A DNA stretch of 64,000 nucleotides, taken from positions 71,920,001-71,984,000 of the forward strand of contig OX597827.1 in NCBI GenBank assembly GCA_951406725.2, given 5' to 3'. Each line of letters opens with the position of its first letter. Position 1 is the stretch's first letter. Position numbers and translations under genes: made by a program. The notes under the pieces are model-generated. The model saw only the letters and a list, made by a program, of their open reading frames with translations, did no database searches and had not been told where the DNA came from. This DNA comes from Octopus vulgaris. Taxonomy: Eukaryota. Of the stretch, positions 52,385 to 64,000 are shown piece by piece.

Positions 52385-53807
52385 GTGTGTGTTTGTTTTC
52401 CCATCACCGCTTGACAACAAGTGTTGGTGTGTTCACATGCCCATAACTTAGCATTTCACCAAAAAGAACCAATAAAGTGTCAAGCTTTATAAAAAAAAAA
52501 AAAAAAAAAAAAAGAGTCCTGGAGGTTAGCTTGTTTGACTAAAACCCTTCAAGGCGGTGCTCCAGCATTGCCACAGTCAAATGACAAACACGTAAAAGAG
52601 TAAATTGCTCGCTTTGGCGTAAGTCACAAATCTGTGTGGGGGCAAGGTCACCTGGAGTCCTACACTGTGGAGGGAGAGAGCGACAGTGCTCAATCGAATT
52701 CTACTCTGCAGTACATGTCTTTGGGTGTCTTTAGGAGAGTTCTCACAGCTGCAACCACTGATACCAGTTACTAGTTCCATAATGCCTCTCTCTCTCTCGC
52801 TTTCATTCCTCCATCAGTGTCAGAGACTCTCAGAGAAAGGCCATGGTCCTCATGTATGTATGTATGTATGTATGTATATATGTATGTCACATTCGATCAC
52901 AGCACCAGTAACAGATAAGCTTCGTGCAATGGCCATACTCGATAACGAGGGGTCAGCCATAATGTATGTATGTATGATTGTTGTGTGTTGATGGAAGACC
53001 ATCATGTCAAGATGAAGCAATCATCATCTATGTATGTGTGCATGTACGTGTATGAATGTATGTATGTATTTGTGCATGCATGTATGTACTTGTGTGTAAA
53101 CTCTGTGTAAGTTGGACCTGTTATTCTACCAAACCCATTCACAAGGCTTTGGTTGACCCAACGCTAAGTACTAGGCTTTCAACTCCTTGGTGGTTAAAAA
53201 TATATTTAAAAATTTAAAAACTGGAAAAAAAAGATAAGGAACTAGGAGTTGTGGCAATTTGCTGTATTTGAGAAGGCAAGTCAAGTTGAGTTGAGTAAAA
53301 TCACTGTCCTCCATACATACAGATTTGTTCTTTGCAGTTTGCTAGTACCAGATAAAATGCACTCGTGCAGGGAGCACATAACAGGCGCCCAGCACACAGT
53401 GATGTTAGGAAGGGCATCTGGCTGTAGTAAAAGCATGGCCACAACAGACAACTGGGAGCCTGCACAGCTCCCTGGCTGGTCAATTCCTGTCAAACCGACC
53501 AACCCATGCCAGCATGGAAACAGACGTTAAATGATGATGGTGGTGGTGGTGACAGGCCAAAATTACCCGTCCCTATTCAGCCGTTCAAATTATTAAACGT
53601 AGAAAGACCAATAACATTTTTCTTAAAAAAAAGAAACAGACAGGCGCAGGAGTGGCTGTGTGGTAAGTAGCTTGCTAACCAGCCACATGGTTCTGGGTTC
53701 AGTCCCACTGCGTGGCATCTTGGACAAGTGTCTTCTGCTATAGCCTCGGGCCGACCAAAGCCTTGTGAGTGGATTTGGTAGACGGAAACTGAAAGAAGCC
53801 TGTCGTA

Positions 53808-53868
<61 letters not shown>

Positions 53869-54449
53869 ATATGTGTGTGTGTGTGTGTATATGTTTGTCC
53901 CCCTAGCATTGCTTGAGAACCGATGCTGATGTGTTTACGTCCCCGTCCCTTAACGGTTCGGCAAAAGAGACCGATAGAATAAGTACTGGGCTTACAAAGA
54001 ATAAGTCCCGGGGTCGATTTGCTCGACTAAAGGCGGTGCTCCAGCATGGCCGCAGTCAAATGACTGAAACAAGTAAAAAGAAAAAGAAAAGAAAAACAAA
54101 AGACAAAACAGTTTGAGAATGAAAATTTTTAATTAAAAAAATAATCTTACAAGATGTTACCTAGGAATAAGGAATGCTTAACAGCTGTAAAAAGAAAATA
54201 TATATATATGTATATAGAAAGGAAAAAAAAAAAAACAGAGGGGGGAGGGGGGAAAGAAATGAATATAGACACAAAACTGCAAAAAGGGAAGAGCAAGTTG
54301 GCTTTCTTTTTTTTTTTTTTTAAACTTTTTTTTTTAGAAGGAAGGAAAGAAAATAAGACAGGGGACAGGAAAGAGGAGGCAAAAAGAAATTAAATTGGAA
54401 GAATAAGTAATAGAAAAAAAATATATATAAAAACAGTGAGTATGTGATC

Positions 54450-54487
<38 letters not shown>

Positions 54488-54829
54488 AGAAGATGAAGAA
54501 ATCATAAAACTTTTGCCATATTAATAGTCCAAATGAAAAATATCCAAACACCAGTTTCTTGACGAAGCTGACAGAGAGAGAGAGAGAGAGAAAAAAAGAG
54601 AGAGGATGAGTACAAACACCTTGTCTACATTTACTTGGGTGGGGGTGGTTCTGTTTGTTTGAGTTTTTTTTATATTTTTGCTTTTTGTTTGTTTTTGTTT
54701 GTTTTTTTTTTTAATATTTTTTTTGTTTTGTTTTTTTTTTTACTTTGGCTTGGTTTCAACCACATATTTACTGCAATGTGAAATTGGGTGTCGGGGAGCA
54801 GCATGTTTCTTCATTTATTATTTATTTTT

Positions 54830-54860
<31 letters not shown>

Positions 54861-55379
54861 AGGCAGGCCATGTGCGCTCTGTGAAGTGAGGAATGCACAC
54901 GTGTGTGTGTGTGTGTGTGTGTGTTAGTCTGCAAGTAACAAAAAATTTAATAATGATAATAATAGACATTGAAGCAAAACAATAAAAATGAAGAAAAAAG
55001 AAAAAGAACAAATCAGTTACAATGAATGAAATATCAGGAGATGTGAGTTCACTTATGACATCTTTAAGTTGATTTGAAACTTAAAAGGGAGGTTTTAAAT
55101 AAAATTAAGATATAAAAAAAGTGAGGGGAGGGGGGGGTGATATAAAACATCAATTAGTATAATCTACAATAATAACAATGATTCCTTAGATGGGTTCAAG
55201 GCTTTTAGATTTGGATGGGATCGTGTTACATTCATGCCTTTCCCCAGGAGTGTTAGTAGCAGAAAGAGAAGTGGCTACAAGCAAGAATTGAAACTGGGTT
55301 TTACAGACTTATATATCTTGGCAAGGGGGGGGGGTGAAGAACAACAATGATAATGATGATGATGATGATGATAATTTCT

Positions 55380-58300
55380 AACATGCACACACACAGGTGG
55401 AGGTTGGGAGTTTAGGGTAGTTGATCACCTTAACCAGTACTGAATTTATCTGACCCTGGAGAAATGAAAGACAAGGTTGATTCCTGGCAGGCTTTGAACC
55501 CAGAAGATAATGAGATCCTTACTCAACTACTGCAAGGGATTCTTTCTAATCCTGTTCACCACCTGCCTACGTTCACCTTGGTAGGACCATATATAACTTA
55601 TACAAGAAGTCTGAGATCTGCTGTTGTAAGATTGTAAATATCAGGCCGTGCACTTATGAGAGGGAGAGGGGCAAGAAGTCAGGGGAGTAAATGAAAGGGG
55701 GTTCCCATACAAAATTTGAAACTAGATTCTCAAGGCTCAAGAGCCAACTTGCTGATCTACCAAACAATTATTTGTTAATTGTTTCACATAGAAGAAAAAA
55801 AGAAAGGGGGGGGGTCTCCTGAGAAGGGAGAGAGTAAAGAATATCTCTCAACTGAAGTGGTGCAGACTGCAACTGAAAACCAAGCCAATTTTTATTAAGC
55901 CAAATAAAATGTTAACAATAATGGTTTCTAACATAGACAGATAGCCACAAGTCTAGTGAAGAGAGGTAGATTAGTCAATAACTGGCCGCAAGTTTTGACT
56001 GGAACTATATATATACATTATCAAGCCCAGAAGAATGAAAGAAGGTTGACCTCAGTGAGGTTTGAACTCACAATGTGAAGGAAGAATCATGAATACTGTA
56101 AAATATCTTTGCTTGAGAACTCTCAACCATTTCTGCCAATCCACCACAGAAATAAGTCTTTCTACTGTAGGGTACAAAACCTGAAATTTTGTGCTGGTCA
56201 ATTACGTCAAACCCTTAAAGGATGAAAGGCATAGTGAACTTTGACGGAATATGGACTTGGAACAGAAAGAGCCACAAGAAACGCTGCTAAGCATTTTCAT
56301 CCAACACAAACAATTCTGCCAGCTCACTGTCTTAATAATAATAATAATAATAGAGAGGGATTATTTGGGGTTTAAATAATTCACCTCTGGAAACATGGGT
56401 GTTTCATTTAACATTCTTAAATAACCCTTATTCAAGGACCTGAGTGGGATGGGTTACTCGACCAGAAGAAAATTCTAACTGGGCCCCACCTGCAAGGTCA
56501 TGTGCTGTTTATCTTCGTATGAAATCACCATATCACGCACATATGGTTGTGATGCATGTGCCTGGTATACCCTTATCAGACGGGTAGTCATGATGGGTAT
56601 ACTGGGCTTCGTATATTTGTACCCCAGTGTCACTTTGATGGCATGCACTGCTCTCTTACTCAATAATAATAATAATTGTGCCAATGTAAAAATTCATTAT
56701 AGATAAGGGACATTGTCATTTATATTAATCCATTTATAGAGAATGGATATTGTCAATCAAATTCCAAGTATATTAGAGGTACTTTTATCAATCACCATGC
56801 ATAATGATAATGGTAACTGTTTTTTTTGACTGAACAGAAAGCATTTTTTTCTTTTAGAGTCATACAGTCAATATGATCAACACAGTATATCATTAGTACA
56901 GGTTTCCTTGACTAGAGAAAGAATGAAGGCAAAAATAACCATTTTTAAGAATTCGCCTGTATTCTGTGAAACATCCCAACTAGACAACTGTCCCCATATA
57001 TCTGCCCCGCCTTTGTTGCTGACAATAATGATGGTGATGGCTATGATGATGATGATAGAGAAAAATAATAATAATAATAAATTCTTGCACTGGCAAAATA
57101 GCACAATTTATAGGAGGAAACAACCAATTAAATCAACCAGATACTTGGCTGCTAACCCAGAAGGATGAAAGGCCTTACTGGGATTAGAACAGAAAATGTG
57201 AAGGGACCTGACTAAATGTGAAGGCTTATGCCACCATTCTACAGGTTCTGCCACTACATGACTCTTGAAGGGGCTATACAAGAATAATAAGAACCATAGT
57301 TCGACAAATGCTAACAATTTTGCCAGCTTGCTGCCTCAACAATAATAATGGTACTTAATTTATTGACCCTGAAAGCATGAAAGGCAAAGTCGACCGTGGC
57401 GGAATTTCAACTCAGAACACAGAGACACGTAATTTTGCCTGGTGCGCTAAAGATTCTGCCAGCTCACTGCCTCATGGACAATAATAATATTTTCTACTCT
57501 GGGCACACGGCCCGAAATTCAGGGGGAGGGAGCCAGTCAATTAGATCAACCCCAGTACGCAACTGGTACTTAATTTATCAACCCTGAAAGGATAAAAGGC
57601 AAAGTTGACCACAGCAGAATTTGAACACAGAACATAAAAAACAGACAAAATACCTCTAAGCATGCTAATGTTTACGCCAGCTTGCCACCTTCACAATAAT
57701 GATAATAATAATAATTGTTTCTAATTTAAGCAGAAGACCAAGAATCTGAGTATTGGTGGGGAGTGATTTGGTTGATAAAACGACCCCAGTATTTTAGTAG
57801 TTCTTTATTTCACTGATCCTGAAAAAGGATGACAAGCAAACATTCACCTCGCGTTGGTAGGATTTGAACTCAGAACCTAAAGAGCTACAACAAGCACCAC
57901 ACAGTATTCGTTCCCCACCCTACACCCACCCACCCACCCAGCACGATTCTGACCAATCTACGGCCGTCTTATATTTCTGGTAGAAAGACCAGGAATTCTA
58001 CCGTGGGGGGGAAGAGGTAGAGGTGAAGGGGCAGTGTTCAATTAAATTTTGCCACCAGTTCTTCAACTTGGGGGATTTTCAACTCCTGGAAAGAATGAAA
58101 GGCAATGTTTGACCTCAGTGGGTGGGAAAGGGGTGTGTGGTTGAACCCACTGTAAAAAGAAACAACTAAATACACATTTTTGTCTAACACTCCACCATCC
58201 TTGCTAGAATAGAATAATAATAATAATGATAAATAATAATCCTTTCTACTAAAGGTACAAGAATTTTGGGGGAGGGGACGCCAGTCGATTAGATCAACCC

Positions 58301-58715
58301 CAGGAAGCAACTGGTACTTATTTTATCAACCCCTAAAAGGATGAAAGGCAAAGTCAACCTCAGCGGAATTTGAACTCAGAACGCAGTGATGGGCAAAATA
58401 CCGCCAAGCATTTCGTCCAGTATGCTAACGACTGCCAGCTCACCGCTTTTAATAATAATGATGATAATAATAATGGTGATGATGATGATGATCTCAAATT
58501 TTGGCAGATAGCCAGTAATTTTGGAGGAGGGGGGGCCTTAAGTCGATTACATCGACCCCCAGTGTTCAACTGGTACTTATTTTATCGACCCCCGAAAGGA
58601 TGAAAGGTAAAGTCGACCTCGGTGGAATTTGAACTCAGAACATAAAAACACGGATGAAATGCCGGTAAGCATTTCGTCCCGGTGTGTTAACGATTCTGCC
58701 AGCTCGCCACCTTAA
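55380..58715 (-). mobile_element. Cluster of co-oriented family B SINEs separated by (AAT)n
   Basis: Repeated gaaaggatgaaaggcaaagtcgacc...tttgaactcagaac blocks of varying divergence. Confidence 0.78.
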
Positions 58716-58793
58716 GTAACAATAATAATAATGATGATGATGATGATGATGATGGTGGTGGTGATATCAGTAATAAGAAGAAGACAAACTTAC

Positions 58794-59170
58794 ATTTGTT
58801 TTGTTGGTTTTTTGTTTGTTTTTTTTTTTTTATATTTTTTTTTTTCTTTTGTGTCATTTCAAAAACCAGTCAGAAAAATGCTTTCCGGCATTTTCTCTTC
58901 AGCCTTGCTGGCTTCCTGGAATATAACTAAGATACCCTTCCCTAGATATTAAAATATTATACCAATATAAATATCATGTACAGATGTAGTGGCCGTGTGG
59001 TTTGTTCTGTTTTTGTCTTTCATCTTTTTGTGGGGGTTTTTTTAATATTTTTTCGTATATATTTTTTTTTTAAATAAAATTGTCTCAATTCTTTTTTTTT
59101 TAAAATGAAACTGACACACCTCTGCCCCCACCATGCCTTCAAGTGGGGGGAAAGTGTCTTTATATTTATA

Positions 59171-59227
<57 letters not shown>

Positions 59228-59774
59228 ATATATATAAAATCTTAAGACAACTTTTGAATATAGGTGGATGTAAGGGAGGTATTTATGAAAACTACTTGTG
59301 TACAAGCATGTGTATGTATACACATATATATATATATATATATGCATGCATGCACACACACACACACACGCAGTGGACATTTTAATAGACTGCTGCAAAA
59401 ATTGGGGGGGGGAAAAAAAAAAAAAGAATTTGCTAGAAACAACATCTTCTTCGCCATCCTACATCAAGTCCACAAGATGCTGCTGACATTCGCTATCCAC
59501 GATATTCAAAACATCATGTCGGCACTATTATATACTCACGTTACCGTTAAGCCGTTCTCTAGCCAAGCTTGGCCAACCTCGCTAAACCTAACTCAAACAC
59601 AACAAAGTTCACGCACGAATTATTCCACCTCACAGATCCACAATACGATCACTGCCTTAGCACACGGCCGATGACATTGGAACACAGAGGAAGAGAGAGA
59701 GAGAGAAAAAAAGCACAGACATGGAGAACGAGAGGGAGAAAATAAAAGAATAAAAACAAGGTGCATGTGTGGGA

Positions 59775-59816
<42 letters not shown>

Positions 59817-61635
59817 TCATGCATAGAGTGTTTCTCCCAGCATTTAAGACTAACGATTCTTTTTATCAATGTCATGTGAATAGAGGAGGAGGAGGAGGAG
59901 GAGGATGTGCAGAGGAGGTTATTATTCTAAATGCAAAAACAATTAGGCAATGAGTGAGGAAGGAGACGGGGGGGGACAGGGGGGGAGGGAGCAAGGGAGG
60001 GGGGGGGGTACAATGCTGGTGGGTGAAATAGGTTTGCAATTAAGTGACTTGTGTCCCGAGAGTTTAAATAAACTTGAATGGTTAGATTCAAAAGAAATAA
60101 ATAGCCACAAACAAATGCAGTGCATGCAAGTCATGTACTTCAAAGTGTGTATATATATATATATATATATACACTGAGGCAATATAAAAATACGTGTATA
60201 AACCCAGAAATAGAGCCATTTTTAACTAAACATCACAAACCGGCAGCAATTTCCAATTATATATATATATATATATTATATATATATATTTGTATGTATA
60301 TGTAAAAATTATTATTATTATTATTATTATTATTATGTATATTATGTAGAGGAGTTGGAAGGCAACTTCCTGGTGGAAAATTGCTACTGGAGATGATGTC
60401 TGATGTAGGCAAGAATTGAACAGACAGACAAGTCATAACACCTCTATTTCTATGCTGACATCATGACAACAGTCTCTCTATATACCCAAGAAGAGTAAGT
60501 TATATATATACACACACACACACACACAGTATTGCAACTGCACAGTAATCAGGAGAAAAAAGAGAGACAAAGAAAAGATTAACATGTTCAAATCTATGTG
60601 TACACACACACATACACGAAATTTTACCATCCATACAATTTTACCCTGAAAAAGAAACAAAAAAAAAATTATTCAACTAAAAATATTTCTAATAGGAAAA
60701 CAAAAGAGAGGACAAGATGCCATTCAATAAATGAGAAGAAAAAAAAATCTTGGATCCCGAAAGCAATTCCTCTATCTTTTTACAAAATTATCAAACATGC
60801 TCCATAATAACACACAGGTCATTTTACAGGGTTCATATCCAGTTAAGTAAAAAAGGGAATCCACAACTTTTCAAACTGTATTAAGTATATCTGTATGCAT
60901 ACATAAATTGATGTATGTATGTAGGCTAACATGTTATATATATATATATATATATATTGCGCATGTACACACCCACACACAGTATATATATATGAAGAAG
61001 CATGCTTTCATGTGGTTCCTATTATATGCAAGACACAAAAATACAATTTGGGGCAAAGAAAAGAAGAAGAGAGAAAAGAGTGCAGGTTTGTGTGTATTAT
61101 ATGTGGAAAACATATAAAGTAAAAATTAAATTAAAAAAAAAAAAAAAGATGAAGCCATACCAAAATAGAAGGAAAAAGAAAAAAATCAGATGAGAAAAAA
61201 AATTCATACCACTAAAGTCATTTTATACAATATTATAAAATGTTATATAATGTGTGTGTTTGTGTGTGTGTGTGTGTGTAGCATGTCAACAATTGTCTTC
61301 AGAGGCAACAGTAATCCTTCGAAGCTGTAGGAAACGTATATCAGAGGCAGGGAGCCATCTGAGATGTTATGCATACAAACTTCTGTATGCTCTAATCTGT
61401 GTGTAAATACAAGCACCAAGATTAAGTAGGGCTGAAAAAAATCATGCTTTGGCTCTACAGGTCATGGACACAGGTGTACAGGTGTGTGCATACACATACC
61501 TGTAAATACACAACACTCACACATATATTATGTATATGTGTGTGTGTGTGTGTGTATCTAAGTACTAGGGGTCAATAAGCTTGACTGAACTTTTGAAGTA
61601 GATGCCCCAGTGTAGCTACAGCCCAATAGCCAAAA

Positions 61636-61674
<39 letters not shown>

Positions 61675-62811
61675 CACACACACACACACACAGAGGTATG
61701 GGGAAAATACAAGCACACACATATCAGACACACACATACACCAAATAGCCATTGTAAAGAGAAAAGATTCATCTGCCTATCTGTTTCTATTCCTTATTTT
61801 ATTTATTTTTTTTTTTGGAAGGGGACATTTTTTTAATTATTTTTATGAGATGGAAGATGAACACACACACACTCACAGACAGACAGACTAAGAGACACGC
61901 ATGAGGAGACTGTGTGGGGGAGGACAAGGAAAGAGGGACATCCGCTATCCTAAGCAAGACATGTATACTGAACTAAACCAAATATATTCAGGGTAATTAA
62001 CTAGTAGTCTAACCCACAAAAAATAATCAATCAATCAAGATATATGCATTAATGATAGAATTTTTTTTTTTTTGTAAAATTAGAAAGAAAACACACACAC
62101 ACACACATTTAAGCTAAAGGTCAAAGTTTATGAAATTTTGGACTTTTTCTTTTTTTTTTACAATATTTTTTCTTCTTCCATTTTTCCTTCAAATTTATCC
62201 TATCAAACTTCTAACAAGATACTTTTTTTTCTATTTTTCTTGGGATTATTTATATTTTTTTTTTGTATTTTTTTTTTATGTTGTTTAATTTTGTTTCTGT
62301 TTCTGTCTCCACTTATTTCAGTGATGAGCTTAAAATAATGAAAGAAATAGTTTAATAATAAAATAAAAAAAAAAAAAGGAAAAAAAAAATTACAGGTTCA
62401 TCTCAATCCTGAACTTTTTTTTCACCCCACCTTTTATCATACTCTTTTAGCGATGATGTTTTTTTTAATATTTTCTTTACTATCATACACCAGTATTTTC
62501 TTTTTTTGGTAATATATATATATATATACATACAAACACATACATATATATATTTTATAGCAAGTATATAATAAATGGGGGTGGTGGTTTGTGTTGCTTA
62601 CAAGGGTCCAGCTTAAATCCCTTAAGCACACGCATACTTAATCTTACAATGGACCACATAAAAAGGGGGGGAGAGAGAGAGAGAGAGAAAAAAAAAGAAA
62701 AAAAGTGGGGGGAGGGGGCAGGTGTATCCAGAGAACACTGGAAGTAGCTGACTATACTACTGCACCAACAATAGAAAGAAAGAAGAACAACAACAACAAA
62801 AACTAGCCGTT
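58794..62811 (-). other. Probable long 3' UTR / alternative terminal-exon region of the second gene
   Basis: About 4 kb essentially free of the SINEs that are dense elsewhere, rich in homopolymers, directly after the stop codon. Confidence 0.45.
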
Positions 62812-62910
62812 TCATTTAAGTTTTAACCGTATTGCATTACGTGGAATAGCAAAAGGTTGCGAAGCCACCTGAGTTGTTGGACTGGTCAGTTCGGGAACAT
62901 CATACATGGA
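62812..62910 (-). CDS. Probable last coding exon of an unidentified gene entering from the right (SMYDVPELTSPTTQVASQPFAIPRNAIRLKLK*)
   Basis: Long pyrimidine tract, ttgcag| acceptor, 32 codons to TGA, followed by kilobases of SINE-free UTR-like sequence. Confidence 0.6.
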   Translation of the reverse strand, partial: SMYDVPELTSPTTQVASQPFAIPRNAIRLKLK

Positions 62911-64000
62911 CTGCAAGAGAGGAGAAAAAAAGAAAAGAAAGAAAGAACGAAAACTGTTACTGGCATCTTCTGGATGAGCATGGATAAATATCAAATATTT
63001 TTATAAAGAGATGGACATGGAAATGGATTAACGGAAAGAGTAGAGCAAACAGATTTATCGAATGCTTTGCAGCCAATTAGCTATATGCTTCTGCAGTGAA
63101 TGTGTGGTTGTATGGTTAAGAAATTTGCTTCCCAACCACGTGGTTTCAGGTTCAGATGGAAACTGAAAGAAGCCTATCCTCCATGTGTGTGTCTAATGTC
63201 GGCATTTCCATGTTTGCACGGATTGGATGGAGTTCTTGGAGACAGAGTTTTCTATGGCTGGAAGCCTTCCTGTTGCCAGCCCTCACCTCTTTCCAAGCAA
63301 GGTAACATCCCCACCCTGGCCAAACATGTTTTCACAAAAATTCAGAATTGAATAATATATTCATTTACAACAGTTATGCAAATGTCAAGACAAGGAGACA
63401 CAAACATACACGCACACATATATATGTATATGTGTGTGAGTGTGTCCATGCACATACACAATGGTTTACTTTCAGTTTCCAAATCCATGCACAAGGCTCT
63501 GGACAGCTCAGGCCTCTACATAAGAAGACACTTGCCCAAGGTGCCACACAGTAGGACTGGACTTGAAACAACAGTTGGGAAGCAAATTTCTTAACCACAC
63601 AGCCATGCCTACACCCCTATATTAAAACTGATAAAAATGACTTATGTGCAAGCAGTTTTCTAAGAGGAATCAACATGTAAGCAGCAAATATTTGTATGGT
63701 ATTTAATTCTGCTGAGCCATAAGTGGTGGAGGTAAAATATTGTCAGTAAAGAACAGAGGTGCTGGTTGAAAAGCAACCTATTTCTAATACTAAAAGCCTG
63801 CAACTGCCACCATTTACTATAACAATAGATTCATGGTTATCAAATCAAATTTTGAATGAATATTATATATTTCTTTATTGCCCACAAGGGGCTAAACATA
63901 GAGGGGACAAACAAGGACAGACAAAGGGATTAAGTCGATTATATTGACCCCAGTGTGTAACTGGTACTTTACTTATCAACCCCGAAAGGATGAAAGGCAA

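Noticed and set aside
62812-62910. Gene symbol for the second gene
   Set aside because: I do not recognise the 32-aa tail; BLASTP against mollusc proteomes is needed.

Overview
Repeat-dense, AT-rich eukaryotic DNA. The SINE families and microsatellite load point to a coleoid cephalopod (Octopus-like); this is my inference. Nine coding exons of an ARHGAP11A-like RhoGAP can be assembled by hand on the minus strand (44189->3732). All introns are GT-AG with consistent phases, intron 1 is ~20 kb, and the gene runs off the window start. A candidate promoter sits at ~44280-44520. The right end holds the probable last coding exon (62910-62812) and long 3' region of a second, unidentified minus-strand gene. 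The rest is three tRNA-derived SINE families, RTE, CR1, R2-like and R4/Dong LINE pieces, non-autonomous Helitrons, hAT and mariner MITEs, and microsatellites. Most notable: four hammerhead-ribozyme-like motifs of the Penelope type; long fold-back duplications just downstream of three RhoGAP exons (candidate ADAR substrates); a 12 x 61-bp double-hairpin array in an RTE 3' UTR; and a head-to-tail Helitron dimer whose empty site survives nearby. Most ORFs in the supplied track are microsatellite or repeat artefacts. Coordinates were counted by eye; repeat edges are approximate.
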